Shown here: one piece after another, positions 1 to 11,500 of the stretch
Position numbering within the stretch: the stretch's first letter is position 1
How the letters are laid out: the number at the start of each line of letters is the position of its first letter
Source: Meyerozyma guilliermondii
Taxonomy: Eukaryota
NCBI GenBank assembly: GCA_051546255.1
Contig: CP128818.1
Coordinates: 558,001-622,000 of the forward strand
Length of the DNA stretch: 64,000 nt
Direction of reading: 5' to 3'
The notes under the pieces: model-generated
The model's input: the letters and a program-made list of their open reading frames with translations, nothing else
What the model was told of the DNA's origin: nothing
Database searches by the model: none
Position numbers and translations under genes: made by a program

Positions 1-314
1 TTGGCTCCGAGAAATTGCAAGGTAAGAGAATTGGATTGTTCTCGTACGGTTCAGGATTGGCGGCTACATTGATGTCAATGACTGTCAAAGGAGATATTTC
101 GCAATTGACGAAAAACTTGAACTTTGACCACAAGCTCGGCGAAGGAAGAGTTATCCAATCACCAGAAGCCTACGTTGCTGCCCTCGAATCTAGAGAAAAG
201 GCTCACTTGAAAAAGTCGTACAAGCCACTGGGATCCATTGAGTCGCTTGTACCTGGTACTTACTATCTTGTTGACATAGACGACAAGTATAGAAGACTGT
301 ACGAGAAGAAGTAG
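1..314 (+). CDS. ERG13: HMG-CoA synthase, 3' end (gene starts before the window)
   Basis: [14 protein letters not shown] and [15 protein letters not shown]-terminal HMG-CoA synthase motifs; neighbours match the S. cerevisiae YML124-128 block. Confidence 0.95.
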   Translation, partial: GSEKLQGKRIGLFSYGSGLAATLMSMTVKGDISQLTKNLNFDHKLGEGRVIQSPEAYVAALESREKAHLKKSYKPLGSIESLVPGTYYLVDIDDKYRRLYEKK

Positions 315-531
315 ATAGATCGCATCAATACAGAATTGGTAGCAGTAGCAATTATAGCAATGGAAGCAAATGAAAGCAAATACGGCATGTGCCGCGGTGG
401 TGAAGTGAAGCCGCGCAGCCACTGTGGGTGCAAAAAAGACCAGTGTGCAGTACTTGCTTGCTGTTGCTGCTACAAACCTGACCTTCTCCACACAAATATA
501 TTTAGCACTTATTCTTCTCATATACCACAAA

Positions 532-2841
532 ATGAAGTGGCAAGTATTAGTATTAGCGTTGGCTTCAATTGTGGCAGCCGATGTTTCAACTTTTAATGAA
601 AATGATGTGAAACATTTCCTAAATGATCTTCACGTGAAATACGACGATTCGGCCTCTTTTGAAGAATTGTCTAAATTGGCCGAATCGGAGTACGAAAAGT
701 TGCAGACGACCGGGCACAATGTTGTGGTTGATGTCAATGACGACAGAAACCAAGAAATTTTGAAATTGGCCACGAAACCAAAGGCAGATTTGCAAGATGT
801 ATTTCCCCAAACTGAATCCAAGTGGGGCTATTTATTCAAAAACGACAAGTCTGTGAAGGATTGGGCGTTTGAAACATGGCTGGCTTCTTCGTTGAAAGAT
901 TTCTTGCACAAGAATGGCGTTTCTTTTGGCAGAAAATCGTCAAAGCAAGAGTTGCTTGATTTGGCCAAGGAAAAGTACGACCAGATTGTTAAAGATAATG
1001 GAGTCAGTGGATCGTATGCTGGCGACTGGCTTTACCTGGGGTGGTCATTGAACGATGTCAAGAAGTGGTTGGAGGACCATGACATTGCGTTCGACCCATC
1101 GCAGACCAAGGACGATTTGATCAACTCGGTCAAGGAGAACAGTTACTTGGCCAGTTTGGAAGCAATTGACGCGAAGAACAGCTTTCTTGACTCGCTCAAG
1201 TTGGGAAGAAAGGAGGCGTTTGACAAGGGCGAAAAGATCAAGGACAGTTTTATTGACGGCTGGAGCTACCCTCAGTTGCGCGAGTGGCTTTACATCCATG
1301 GGTTTATCGACACCAAACCTGGTGTCTACGCTGAAGACTTGGATATTGAAAAGTTGAAAAAGCTTGCTAAATCACACAAGTCGTATCTTGTAAGTGACAT
1401 CAAGCAATGGCTGGAGAAAGCCAGCAAGAGTGCCGATCCTTATCTCTCCAAAGCTAGTGAGTCTGTGGAGACAGCCAAGGACTACATCAACGATACGTTC
1501 TTGGTGGGGATTGACTCGTGGTCCAAAGAAAGACTTCGTGATTTCTTGAAGGCTAGAGACGTCAAATTTCCCCAATTTGCTCTGAAGCAAGATTTGATCA
1601 ACTATGTGAAAAAGAGCGTCAATGTTCCCGTCAAGTACAAGCAATCCGACAGTCCTTTCACTGGAGTTTTGGAAGGATTGTCTTTGAATTCCGTTCAAAA
1701 GTGGTTGAGTCAGCAGGGAAAAAACGTCAATGGTGCCAGAAAGGATGCTTTGTCGCTGTTGAAAGAGTACTACGAAAGCAAGGGTTCTGATATTCAGACC
1801 CAGATTGACTTGCACAAGCCCGATCTCGACGATTACCGTGAGAGTGTTACCAGTTCTGTGCGTTCGTTCCAGCTGAGTTTAGGTGATTCTGCTGATAAGG
1901 CCGAGAAGATTGCCGAGTCGGAAAAGTCTCTTGCTGAAGACGCCATTTTGTCCAGCTACAATGTGGCAGTTCAATACTATGACGAAGCGTCGAAGTACTT
2001 TAGCAAGGAAGCTCAAAATGCTGGTGACTCTTTGGAAAGTATTTTGCAAGGTGCCCAGGATGCTGCTTACGAGTATTCTGGACTTTTGAGCAAAGAAGCG
2101 GGCTACAGCAAGAAGAAAATCGAGGAGTCTGCTAGTAGTGTTGCACTTGCTGCGAATGAATTTGCAACCTCGTTGAGTAAGCTGTTGAAGCAAAAGTCCA
2201 AGGAGTCGCAGCAAGCTGCCAATCTGTATTTGGATTCTGCTAAAAAATTAGTAGCGGGAACCATTGGGAAATTGACTGGACAAGCCAATGACTTGCAAGA
2301 TGTTGCTGGAAAGTATGCTGACCAAGCTTCTAAATCGGCCGAAAAGGTGGCTGAAAAGGCTGCGAAAAACGCCAATGATGCCGCTAAAAGTGCCGGTGAT
2401 GCTGCCGAGGAATACAAGCCAGACTGGAACAATGCTTATTCTGCTGCTAGTACCAAGTATGGTGACTACTCTTCAGCCGTCAAGGATGCCGCAAACGGCG
2501 CCTACGAAGCTGCAGGTGAAGCTGCCGGAAACGCTTACGATCAAGTGGAAAAGAGCACCAAGCAAGCTTGGGATTACATTTTCCAGTTGTATTCGAAGGC
2601 CGATTTGCAATCGTACTTGCTGTCCTTTGGCTTTGACAACGATTTCCTTTCGAGCTTGAAGAGGTCGGATTTGGTCAGATTGGCCCAAGCCCAGCTGGAT
2701 GTGTTTTACGGCGGAGGTAAGACCAAATGGGACAAGCTGATTGTGGAGCTTTTGCAAGACTCCAGCGATGACGTGAGAAGAGCATTGGGGTTGGAACCAA
2801 AGCACGAAAGTGTGTGGGATAAGGTGAAGAATATCTGGTGA
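532..2841 (+). CDS. MSC1: Msc1/Ish1-family ER/nuclear-envelope protein with Ala-rich C-terminal region
   Basis: ATG 532 gives a signal peptide (MKWQVLVLALASIVAAD); repeated Ish1-type units W(S)xxxLxxWL...LI; synteny with ERG13. Confidence 0.8.
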   Translation: MKWQVLVLALASIVAADVSTFNENDVKHFLNDLHVKYDDSASFEELSKLAESEYEKLQTTGHNVVVDVNDDRNQEILKLATKPKADLQDVFPQTESKWGYLFKNDKSVKDWAFETWLASSLKDFLHKNGVSFGRKSSKQELLDLAKEKYDQIVKDNGVSGSYAGDWLYLGWSLNDVKKWLEDHDIAFDPSQTKDDLINSVKENSYLASLEAIDAKNSFLDSLKLGRKEAFDKGEKIKDSFIDGWSYPQLREWLYIHGFIDTKPGVYAEDLDIEKLKKLAKSHKSYLVSDIKQWLEKASKSADPYLSKASESVETAKDYINDTFLVGIDSWSKERLRDFLKARDVKFPQFALKQDLINYVKKSVNVPVKYKQSDSPFTGVLEGLSLNSVQKWLSQQGKNVNGARKDALSLLKEYYESKGSDIQTQIDLHKPDLDDYRESVTSSVRSFQLSLGDSADKAEKIAESEKSLAEDAILSSYNVAVQYYDEASKYFSKEAQNAGDSLESILQGAQDAAYEYSGLLSKEAGYSKKKIEESASSVALAANEFATSLSKLLKQKSKESQQAANLYLDSAKKLVAGTIGKLTGQANDLQDVAGKYADQASKSAEKVAEKAAKNANDAAKSAGDAAEEYKPDWNNAYSAASTKYGDYSSAVKDAANGAYEAAGEAAGNAYDQVEKSTKQAWDYIFQLYSKADLQSYLLSFGFDNDFLSSLKRSDLVRLAQAQLDVFYGGGKTKWDKLIVELLQDSSDDVRRALGLEPKHESVWDKVKNIW

Positions 2842-3117
2842 GAATGGTTGCGAAAAAGAATGGAAAAGTTGTAGACCATGTATGGGTGCAATGGCTGCGA
2901 ATAAGAGACGATGAATAAACGTTTAAAAAACTTTTGTGTAAATATTATGCTATCTCTAATCGTTTTCTTTTTTCTTTCTTTCCGTTATATTCCGTTTTCC
3001 TTTTCGTATGATTCCTCTATCCTTTTTCTCTCATATCTCTGTTCTCGTCTAGATCATGTTATCTGCAGGTCTGCGCGTTTGTTTATTTTTGATTTGAAAG
3101 CGACGCCCTCTTCAATC

Positions 3118-4517
3118 ATGAGAGAGGTGATCAGTGTTAATGGTATGTACACAGAAAACAATGTATTCTTGCTCTTCTCACCCATACTAACCCAGTCGGA
3201 CAAGCTGGTTGTCAAATCGGTAACGCTTGCTGGGAATTATATTCTCAGGAACACGGAATTCGTCCCGACGGATTTCTTCAAGAAGGTTTAGATCGTCCGA
3301 AAGGAGCCGAAGAAGGCTTTTCTACATTTTTTAGTGAGACTGGGCTGGGCAAGTATGTTCCCAGAGCCTTATATGTGGATCTTGAGCCCAATGTGATCGA
3401 TGAAGTGCGCACCGGTATGTACAAGGATTTGTTCCATCCCGAACAATTGATTGCCGGCAAGGAGGATGCCGCCAACAACTATGCTCGTGGTCATTACACA
3501 GTTGGAAGGGAGATTTTGGACGATGTTTTGGATAGAATTCGTCGTATGGCTGACCAGTGTGATGGGTTACAAGGATTCTTGTTTACACACTCTTTGGGAG
3601 GAGGTACCGGATCCGGGTTAGGATCGTTATTATTGGAGCAATTGTCCATTGACTACGGCAAGAAGTCCAAGTTGGAGTTTGCCGTGTACCCTGCTCCCCA
3701 AACGTCGACTTCTGTGGTCGAACCATACAACACTGTGTTGACCACTCATACTACATTGGAGCACGCTGACTGTACGTTTATGGTGGACAACGAAGCCATT
3801 TATGACATGGCTAGAAGAAAGTTGGATATCCCCCGCCCCGGGTTTGATTCTTTGAACAGCTTAATTGCCCAGGTGGTTTCGTCGGTTACGGCTTCGTTGC
3901 GTTTTGAAGGATCGTTGAACGTGGATTTGAATGAGTTCCAGACAAACTTGGTTCCTTACCCCCGTATTCACTTCCCATTGGTGTCGTACGCTCCAGTGTT
4001 CTCAAAGAACAGAGCCAACCACGAGGCCAACTCCGTGCAAGAAATGACCGCTTCTTGTTTCGAACCTGGTAACCAGATGGTCAAGTGTGATCCTCGTGCT
4101 GGAAAGTACATGGCATCGTGCTTGTTGTACCGTGGAGACGTGGTTAACAGAGATGTGCAAAATGCTGTGGCCCAAGTCAAGGCCAGAAAGGCGGTGCAAA
4201 TGGTAGACTGGTGTCCTACTGGATTCAAGATTGGTATCTGTTACCAACCACCTACCGCCATTACCGGATCCGAATTGGCCGCTGCTAAGAGAGCTGTGTG
4301 TATGTTGAGCAACACCACGGCGATCTCCGAGGCATGGAAAAGAATTGACAAAAAGTTTGACTTGATGTACAACAAGCGGGCATTTGTTCATTGGTATGTA
4401 GGAGAGGGAATGGAAGAGGGAGAGTTCACCGAGGCCAGAGAAGACTTGGCCGCTTTGGAGCGTGACTACATCGAGGTGGGCACCGATTCATACCCTGAGG
4501 AAGAAGAGGAGTACTAA
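3118..4517 (+). CDS. TUB1: Alpha-tubulin; exons 3118-3142 and 3196-4517
   Basis: Spliced N-terminus [29 protein letters not shown] motif, C-terminal EEEEEY. Confidence 0.98.
3143..3195 (+). other. Spliceosomal intron of TUB1 (53 nt)
   Basis: GTATGT...TACTAAC-CCAG; removal restores the tubulin frame. Confidence 0.97.
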
Positions 4518-4655
4518 TTACGAAGTGCTATATAATGTTTTGAGAAAATAGTAGTATTCTGTAGTGTCCGTATGGGCCGGACTATATGCAGTACTTGTGG
4601 AAATTTGTCTAACTGTTTTTTGTGCGCGAAAAAGTTAGTTCTACTGTATTCACGT

Positions 4656-5570
4656 ATGGAGGACAAAAGAGAGTTATTGAAGCAGCCGCTTCACTCGGTC
4701 TTCATCCCCATAGCCCTCATTTTGTTCGGCACCTCTCTTTTCGGTTTTGAGTATCTTCCCTACAGCATTGCGTTTATCGTGGTGATTTGTACTGCTCAGG
4801 TTTGGAGAGCCATGAACAATAGAAGTTCAATTGAGCCACTTAGATGGAACGATTTGGAGCTTATTGACAAAACTATTGTTCTGCGCAACTCGGCGATTTA
4901 TAGATTCAAGCTTAAACATGAAGACGAGGTGTTGGATGTTCCCACTGGCCATCATGTTGCATGTTGTATGACCATCGATGGTATTGACGAAGTACGGTAC
5001 TATTCGCCCATTTCGAACAAGTTTGATGCTGGTTTCTTTGACATTTTGGTCAAATCGTACCCGGAAGGAAAAGTTTCCAAGAGATTTGCCATGTTGCGAG
5101 AGGGTCAAACTGTCAAGTTTCGTGGTCCCGTAGGACGACTTACCTATGTTCCCAATCTGTACCGCGAAATAGGAATCATTGCTGGAGGCTCAGGAATAAC
5201 ACCCATCCTCCAGGTGATCACCGAGGTCATCACCAACCCAAAAGATAATACTAAACTCTCGTTAATCTACGCTAATGAGACTGCCAATGATATTTTGTTG
5301 AAGACAGAAATCGACGAGATTTCCTCGAAATTTCCCAACTTGAAGGTGCACTACACATTGACCACGCCTCCCAAGGACTGGACAGGAAGTACGGGCTACG
5401 TAACTAAAGAAATGATGGAAACACATCTTCCAAAACCCAGCGACGATGCTCGTCTTCTCATCTGCGGACCACCAGAAATGAAGAGAACCATGATTGAGCA
5501 GGCCGAGGCACTCGGGTGGCCCCGAGGAACCATGCGGTCGGAGCCAGACGACCAGGTATTCTGCTTCTAG
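4656..5570 (+). CDS. NADH-cytochrome b5 reductase family, N-terminal membrane anchor (PGA3/AIM33-like by synteny)
   Basis: RYYSPIS FAD motif, GGSGITP, ICGPPEM, terminal VFCF; next to alpha-tubulin as PGA3/AIM33 are in S. cerevisiae. Confidence 0.9.
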   Translation: MEDKRELLKQPLHSVFIPIALILFGTSLFGFEYLPYSIAFIVVICTAQVWRAMNNRSSIEPLRWNDLELIDKTIVLRNSAIYRFKLKHEDEVLDVPTGHHVACCMTIDGIDEVRYYSPISNKFDAGFFDILVKSYPEGKVSKRFAMLREGQTVKFRGPVGRLTYVPNLYREIGIIAGGSGITPILQVITEVITNPKDNTKLSLIYANETANDILLKTEIDEISSKFPNLKVHYTLTTPPKDWTGSTGYVTKEMMETHLPKPSDDARLLICGPPEMKRTMIEQAEALGWPRGTMRSEPDDQVFCF

Positions 5571-5644
5571 GTCCAATAGAACTACTAGGGTCATTGCACC
5601 CAGACACCATGCCTTGATATCGAATTCGCGATGAGGCTCTACTC

Positions 5645-6568
5645 ATGGCAGACGTGTGCACGTTTTACTCCAAGATCGGAGCGTGTCGGCATGGCGACAA
5701 GTGCTCCCGGCGGCATATACATCCACGTAGGTCAGATACTATACTCATATTCAATTTATATCGTAATCCCAAAGGTTCTTCACAACAAATTCAACAGCGA
5801 TTCGACCAGTTTTACCAAGATGTGTTTGTATATATTGCCCGCATTGGTGAAATTGATGCTATGGTTGTGTGTGAAAACGATAACGACCACTTGAATGGCA
5901 ATGTTTATGTCAAGTTTATGAACGATACTGTTGCCGAAACCGTCATGAATGCACTCAATGAAGAGTGGTACGATGCACTTCCCATCCACTGTGAATTGTC
6001 GCCGGTGGAAAGTTTCCAAGATGCCAATTGCAGAGCTTACGATGCTGGAGCTTGTTCACGAGGAGGACACTGTAACTTTATGCATATAAGAAGGCCCACG
6101 CCAGAAGTTAAGAGTGTTTTACACCAGGCTCAGGACAAGTGGAAAGTCGAAAAGGCGCTAGAAAAGGTGGCACCAGACGATCCATTGGTTGTTGCGATGA
6201 GAGAGCGGGTTAAGGCATATGAGGAAAGAGAAGCACGAAGGAAAGAAAGTGAGAAAAAAGTTACACAAGAAAGTGAGAAAAGAGTAACAGAAGAAAGTGA
6301 GAAAAGAGTGACAGAAGAAAATGAAAAGAAAAGAGTAACAGAAGAGAATGAAAAAGTGAAACGAGTGAAATCAGAAGAAAGTGAAAAAGTACTGAAAATT
6401 CAAGAAACAAAGATCGAATCCAATGGACATGGAGAGGACAAAAGCACAGATAACAGTAAAATAACCAAGAATGAGGTTGGAACAAATTCCCAATCCACGA
6501 GTGCGCCCGCTGACGGGCTGTCAATCACCACTACCTCGGCAGTGGAAAAGTTGTTCAGCCGAAGATGA
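5645..6568 (+). CDS. U2AF1: Splicing factor U2AF small subunit (U2AF35/U2AF23) homolog
   Basis: CTFYSKIGACRHGDKCSRRH and CSRGGHCNFMH CCCH fingers flanking a UHM (ENDNDHLNGNVYVKF). Confidence 0.93.
   Translation: MADVCTFYSKIGACRHGDKCSRRHIHPRRSDTILIFNLYRNPKGSSQQIQQRFDQFYQDVFVYIARIGEIDAMVVCENDNDHLNGNVYVKFMNDTVAETVMNALNEEWYDALPIHCELSPVESFQDANCRAYDAGACSRGGHCNFMHIRRPTPEVKSVLHQAQDKWKVEKALEKVAPDDPLVVAMRERVKAYEEREARRKESEKKVTQESEKRVTEESEKRVTEENEKKRVTEENEKVKRVKSEESEKVLKIQETKIESNGHGEDKSTDNSKITKNEVGTNSQSTSAPADGLSITTTSAVEKLFSRR
6245..6391 (+). repeat. Coding tandem repeat, about 24-nt unit (ESEKRVTE-like), about 5-6 copies, in the U2AF1 tail
   Basis: GAAAGTGAGAAAAGAGTAACAGAA and variants in tandem. Confidence 0.9.
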
Positions 6569-6787
6569 AGCATACTGCAAGGGCCAAGACAGTAAAGGAG
6601 AAGCACATTAGACTTGGGTGATTTCCTTAGCTCGGTAACTCAAAATCCCAACTTTCAGACACACATCTAAAATCTCATGATTTGTCCGAATTATTTCAAT
6701 TGAAATCTGATTTGCGATCTGCTTATAAACGATAAAGCTGGACTTGAAACCGAGTTCATCCGGTTTTATCATTAGGTAATGCTGTTA

Positions 6788-6867
6788 TAGCTACCGCTAG
6801 CTACGCTATAGCTACCGATAAGTCCCGCTAAGTTTCGCTAAGCTCCGCTAGCTACCGCTAGCTACGC
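6788..6867. repeat. Intergenic tandem array of about 8 x 10-nt units (GCTACCGCTA-like)
   Basis: TAGCTACCGCTAGCTACGC occurs at 6788 and 6849 with degenerate units between. Confidence 0.85.
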
Positions 6868-7091
6868 CCGCTTCCCCACATGAACTTATCTCCCGGCTTT
6901 GTGCCGGATTTAGCACCAACCGCGAATCGGCCATCGACACTAGCGACCTCCAGGCCAGGTCAATGAATATCATCAAGCTGGGTCGTTGGTTGAAATTCGG
7001 CACCACAGCGTGCAATTCCCCGCGAGTTCCAATTTCGACTTTTCGCGCCATCCTGTCGTGTCAAAAATCTTCTCACTTTCTCATCTATTCC

Positions 7092-8477
7092 ATGTCGACG
7101 CTGCTGAAAGCTCTGGCATTTTCACCGCATTCTGGCGATGGAGTTGCTACCAAGCGAGACTTCTCGACTCTGGCTGCTCTCAAGAGCTCTCAGGAACCGA
7201 AAAAAGACACTCACTCCCACTCCCATAACGGGGTTCCTTGCGGCCACTCTCACTCCCACTCCCCAAAACCTACTGTTCGCGACGAGCATCACGAACTAGG
7301 CCATACTCACGAACATGGAGTCCACTCTCACGAACACTCCTCTGACCACGGTCACTCCCATGGAATTTTTCACTCCCACTCCCATGGTCACAATGAGCTC
7401 TTGACGTCGGGTTCTTTGTCAAATCCAGCCGTGCGAATAACCTGGGTCGGTCTCTTTGTCAATATCGGCATGGCAGCGTCTAAAGGTGTGGGTGGTGTCT
7501 ATTTCCACTCGCAAGCTCTCATAGCAGATGCCATCCATTCGGTGTCCGATATGGTGGCAGACTTCCTTACGTTGGCCACGGTCAATGTCTCTACCAAGAT
7601 CGGGACTCCAACGAAATTTCCCTTAGGATACGGCAAAATTGAAACCGTGGGAAGTGTTTTCGTGCTGGGTATTCTCTTGTTCGCGGGAGTTTCCGTGGGA
7701 TGGTCTTCGCTTCTTCAAATTTTCGAATACACCTTGCCTGCGTATTTGTACGAATACGTCTCGATGGTTCAAATTGGCCACAGCCATTCTCACGCTGTAG
7801 ACTTGGGCCTGCTGAACTCACCTGCCCATTCTCATAGCCATGGCACCACCCAAATTGAAGCAGAGCCGGCATTACCAGCAAAACAAATTCCCAATATCAA
7901 TGCTGCTTGGTTGGCAGGTGGCTCCATTATCGTTAAAGAACTTCTTTATCGTAAAACTATGAAGGTGGCTGAGCTGACAAACTCAAAGGTGCTTGTGGCT
8001 AATGCTTGGCACCATCGTGTGGATTCGTTGACGGCATTTGTGGCTCTTCTCACCGTTGCCGGTGGCCATATGTTCAACGTAGCATGGTTGGATTCCGTTG
8101 GTGGTTTGTGTGTTTCCATGCTTATCATAAAGGCTGGGTGGAATACTTTCAAGACTTCATGTAGCGAGCTCATTGATCGCGGTGAACCTCAAACTAGTGA
8201 AGTTTATGCCACCATTGAATCGGCTATCCAAGATGAAATCTCTATAGCCCAGGATCCATTCGAGGTTACTAACCCCATCAACCTCCAATTGAAAAAGCTC
8301 TCAGTCATCACATCTGGAGCAAACACCAACATCTACATCACAATTGCAACCTCGTCAAAAGATCTCAGGATTTCCGAATTGAACGAATTTGAATCTCGTT
8401 TGGTGAAAGCCGTTAAGAGAGACGACAAGTTTGTTAAAAATGTGTTTGTCATGTTTAAATCGCCTGGTGCCCAGTAA
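7092..8477 (+). CDS. MMT1: Mitochondrial CDF-family metal (iron) transporter, MMT1/MMT2-like
   Basis: ALIADAIHSVSD, FPLGYGKIETVG and NAWHHRVDS CDF motifs; His-rich tracts. Confidence 0.9.
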   Translation: MSTLLKALAFSPHSGDGVATKRDFSTLAALKSSQEPKKDTHSHSHNGVPCGHSHSHSPKPTVRDEHHELGHTHEHGVHSHEHSSDHGHSHGIFHSHSHGHNELLTSGSLSNPAVRITWVGLFVNIGMAASKGVGGVYFHSQALIADAIHSVSDMVADFLTLATVNVSTKIGTPTKFPLGYGKIETVGSVFVLGILLFAGVSVGWSSLLQIFEYTLPAYLYEYVSMVQIGHSHSHAVDLGLLNSPAHSHSHGTTQIEAEPALPAKQIPNINAAWLAGGSIIVKELLYRKTMKVAELTNSKVLVANAWHHRVDSLTAFVALLTVAGGHMFNVAWLDSVGGLCVSMLIIKAGWNTFKTSCSELIDRGEPQTSEVYATIESAIQDEISIAQDPFEVTNPINLQLKKLSVITSGANTNIYITIATSSKDLRISELNEFESRLVKAVKRDDKFVKNVFVMFKSPGAQ

Positions 8478-8519
8478 ATAGAAAAAAGCAGTAGAATCAA
8501 CTATATACACTATGTACAC

Positions 8520-11500
8520 TTACTTTTTTTTAGTCTTGGTTTTACCCTCGATGAACTTGAGAATCTCGTCGACAGATTGAGATGCAATTTCAGGATCTGG
8601 TTGCGCCATCTTGCTCTTGTTCTTGCTCTTTTTGGTAGTAGCTTGTGGAGGCACTGGTGGTGCTTTAACCTTTTTTGGTTTATTTTTGTCCTTTGCTTGT
8701 TGCTTCATGTAGGCAATGTAAGTCTTGAGATTGGCAACATAATTGGAACAGTCCTTCGTCAACCGGTCGTTAGGATCAATGTGTCTAGAAAAGGTTGTAT
8801 GAGCCTTTTCGAAATGTCCCAAGGCTTCGTCAAAACGGTTTTCATTCACCAAAGTTCCGGCAAAACGGTAGTGAATCATCGCTGTAATTTGAGAATCTTC
8901 ACCATTGATTTTTTCAGACAACTCAAGAGCAGCAGAAAATAATCTGTTCGCCTTGTCCGTGATCTTCAATTGAGCAAGAATCTCCGCCAAGTTCGTGAGC
9001 GTGGTCACCGAAGAAGGATGGTGAGACCCAAAAACAAAGTCCCAGTCTCCAAGTGCTTTTTCGTACAACTTGAAAGCGTTCACATAGCTGCTATTTGCAG
9101 CCTCAAAGTACGCCGAATTGATGTAGCTGGATATGGTTTCAAAGGAATCGAAACCAGCAGTACGTTCAAAGAGCACACAGGCTTTGCGAGCCACTTCGCT
9201 TGCTTCGGTAGTGAACCCAAGGTCGCTGTAAAATTGAGACAAAACACTGTAAAAGTTGCTCGTTTCCGGATGAACGACACCATAAATTTGTTCGTAGATT
9301 GAAACAAGTTCATTCAACAAAGTTACACCGGAATCTTTTTCTTCTGCTGCAATCTTTCCGCGAGCTGCTTCGAAAATCTCGTCCAATAAAGTAGCCTTGT
9401 AACTGGAACTTTTGACAGAAGGTGTAAATGAAATAATGTCATCGGCCACGAAAATCGTCTTGCGCTTGAAGACTTCTTCAACCGAAGGCAGAGACCTCTT
9501 TTTCAGCTTTTTGCTTGATTTTTGTTTGTGCACTATAATGTTTTCGGTGCTTTGTTGAAACTCTTTGAATCCTTCAGCGGTGAATGCGTAGCCCTGTGTC
9601 TTCCATTGAATACCAAATTTATGAGATATTTCTCTCATCATTGTGATAGGAGACACGGCGTTAATCCAATTTTCAGGCAATTCAAATCTGAAACGTAAAA
9701 GTACTTCCTCTTCCACCATGGACACAACCTGCTGGTGGTCGAGCGTAATAAATCTCAATGCATCCGGGTCGGCAAAAGCTGTAAGGGTTTCGTCGATAGA
9801 AATCTCTGGTTTGCTCAGAACTTGCGAGCCCAAAAGACAGTTGTGGAAATGAGCCACAAAGTATGGAAGTAAGTAAGATGAAAGTGTATGAGCAAAAGAA
9901 CGGAAGATGTGTTTGACAGCTCTAGCAATCATCTCCTGGATTGCCAACAAGCGCACGGAGTTCAAGTTGGCTTTAATAGGATCGAAAACACCCTTCGAAG
10001 GTTCCTCGGGTTTAGTTTTGTCTTCTTCATTTTCAGATTTCTCTTCATCGGCTTTCTCTTCTTTCTCTTCTTTCTTTTCAGTCTTCTCTTCTTTCTTCTC
10101 TTCCTCAATGGCTTTTTCATTATCTTCAATCTTGCTCTTTTCCTCCTGTTCAAAAGCTTCGAGCGACTCTTGAGCTCTTGTAGCAATTAAACCAAGGTAC
10201 CGCAAGTTGATACCTGCTTTATGCAACAACGAAGACAAATGAGACCCATCAAATGGACACAATTGTTTCTTGCTTTCCTCAACAAACTCTTCAATCAATT
10301 GTTTTGTGACAAAGAGGGACATTTCTCTCACCACTTCCTTGTCCTCTTCATCGACTTCATCGTGGGTGAATGCATCAGGATTAAACAGAACTTTTTGAGC
10401 ATCAAGTAAAATTTGAGGTTTTTCGCTTTCTCCTTCATTCTTCTTTGCACCTTGTTCTGCTTCCAAACGCTCGGTTTCACTCTTGAAAATAGCCAACGCC
10501 CGTCTTCTCCACCACTCCTCTACAGCTTCGTGCCTCAATACAGTTTCTCTGTGAGGATAAGAGTCGCTGTGTTCAGGTCTCCAGTGTTTCTCAATAAAAT
10601 CAATGTCAAGCGGAGTACTTCTGTAAAGATCAATAACGTAGTTTCTTCCATCTGTTCCTCTGATACCCTTAGAATCCTTCGAAAGAGCAATGTCTTCCTT
10701 GGTCTTGAATCCATTAGGCAACGTGACTTTGTGAGGCTTCATATGGAAGGCCTCAGCGATTGGCTTCAACGCTTCGTGGAATTGAGAATCCGAATACACT
10801 TTTGTGCCATCCGTCAGTAAGCCGTAGCACACTTTATCAGCAGGAGCTTCGTCGCTTTCCACAATTGGATCATTGAGAATTCCTGGAACCGGTGCTTGGC
10901 ACACAATTCTTCTACCCATATAGTCAACGACACAGGTAGCCAAGTGGTATATTCCCTTGGCATCAATTCTGTTCAAGAGCTTTACACCAGCCAAATCCTT
11001 AGCAGCAGCATATCTAGCTGCCTCATTACCTCCAGTTTCGTCAAATGCGCCAGTAGCATTTACTCCAGAAGAATAAAAGATACCATTTCTCATATAAATA
11101 TGTTGCTCAACCAGCTCATTGGGGTTCATTGGAGTAAGATTTCCCTTGATAATGTTGACGGCAGTCTCGGTGGCCTGTTTCGTAAACTCGGAAACCAACT
11201 TGATGGCTAAACGTTCTCTCAAAATACGTTCGTTCACAGTTCCAGAAGGAAGCTCACGAATGGCTTGAAAGTCCTCGTTCCAGTCCTTGACGTTATCCGA
11301 GCCATCCACACCGTTGTTGAGTATCAGCAACTGAGGACGAGACTGGTCTGGCTTGCGAGAAATAGCAGAAGTGTCTACTAGCCATGGATAGGAACCACTG
11401 GTATGCGATGGGATCAAATACGATTCTGCGTAACGAGAAGAGTTCGCAAGTATCTCTTCGTTGCGGGCAATTGTCTTGGCAAACGCTGGAGACAACGAAC

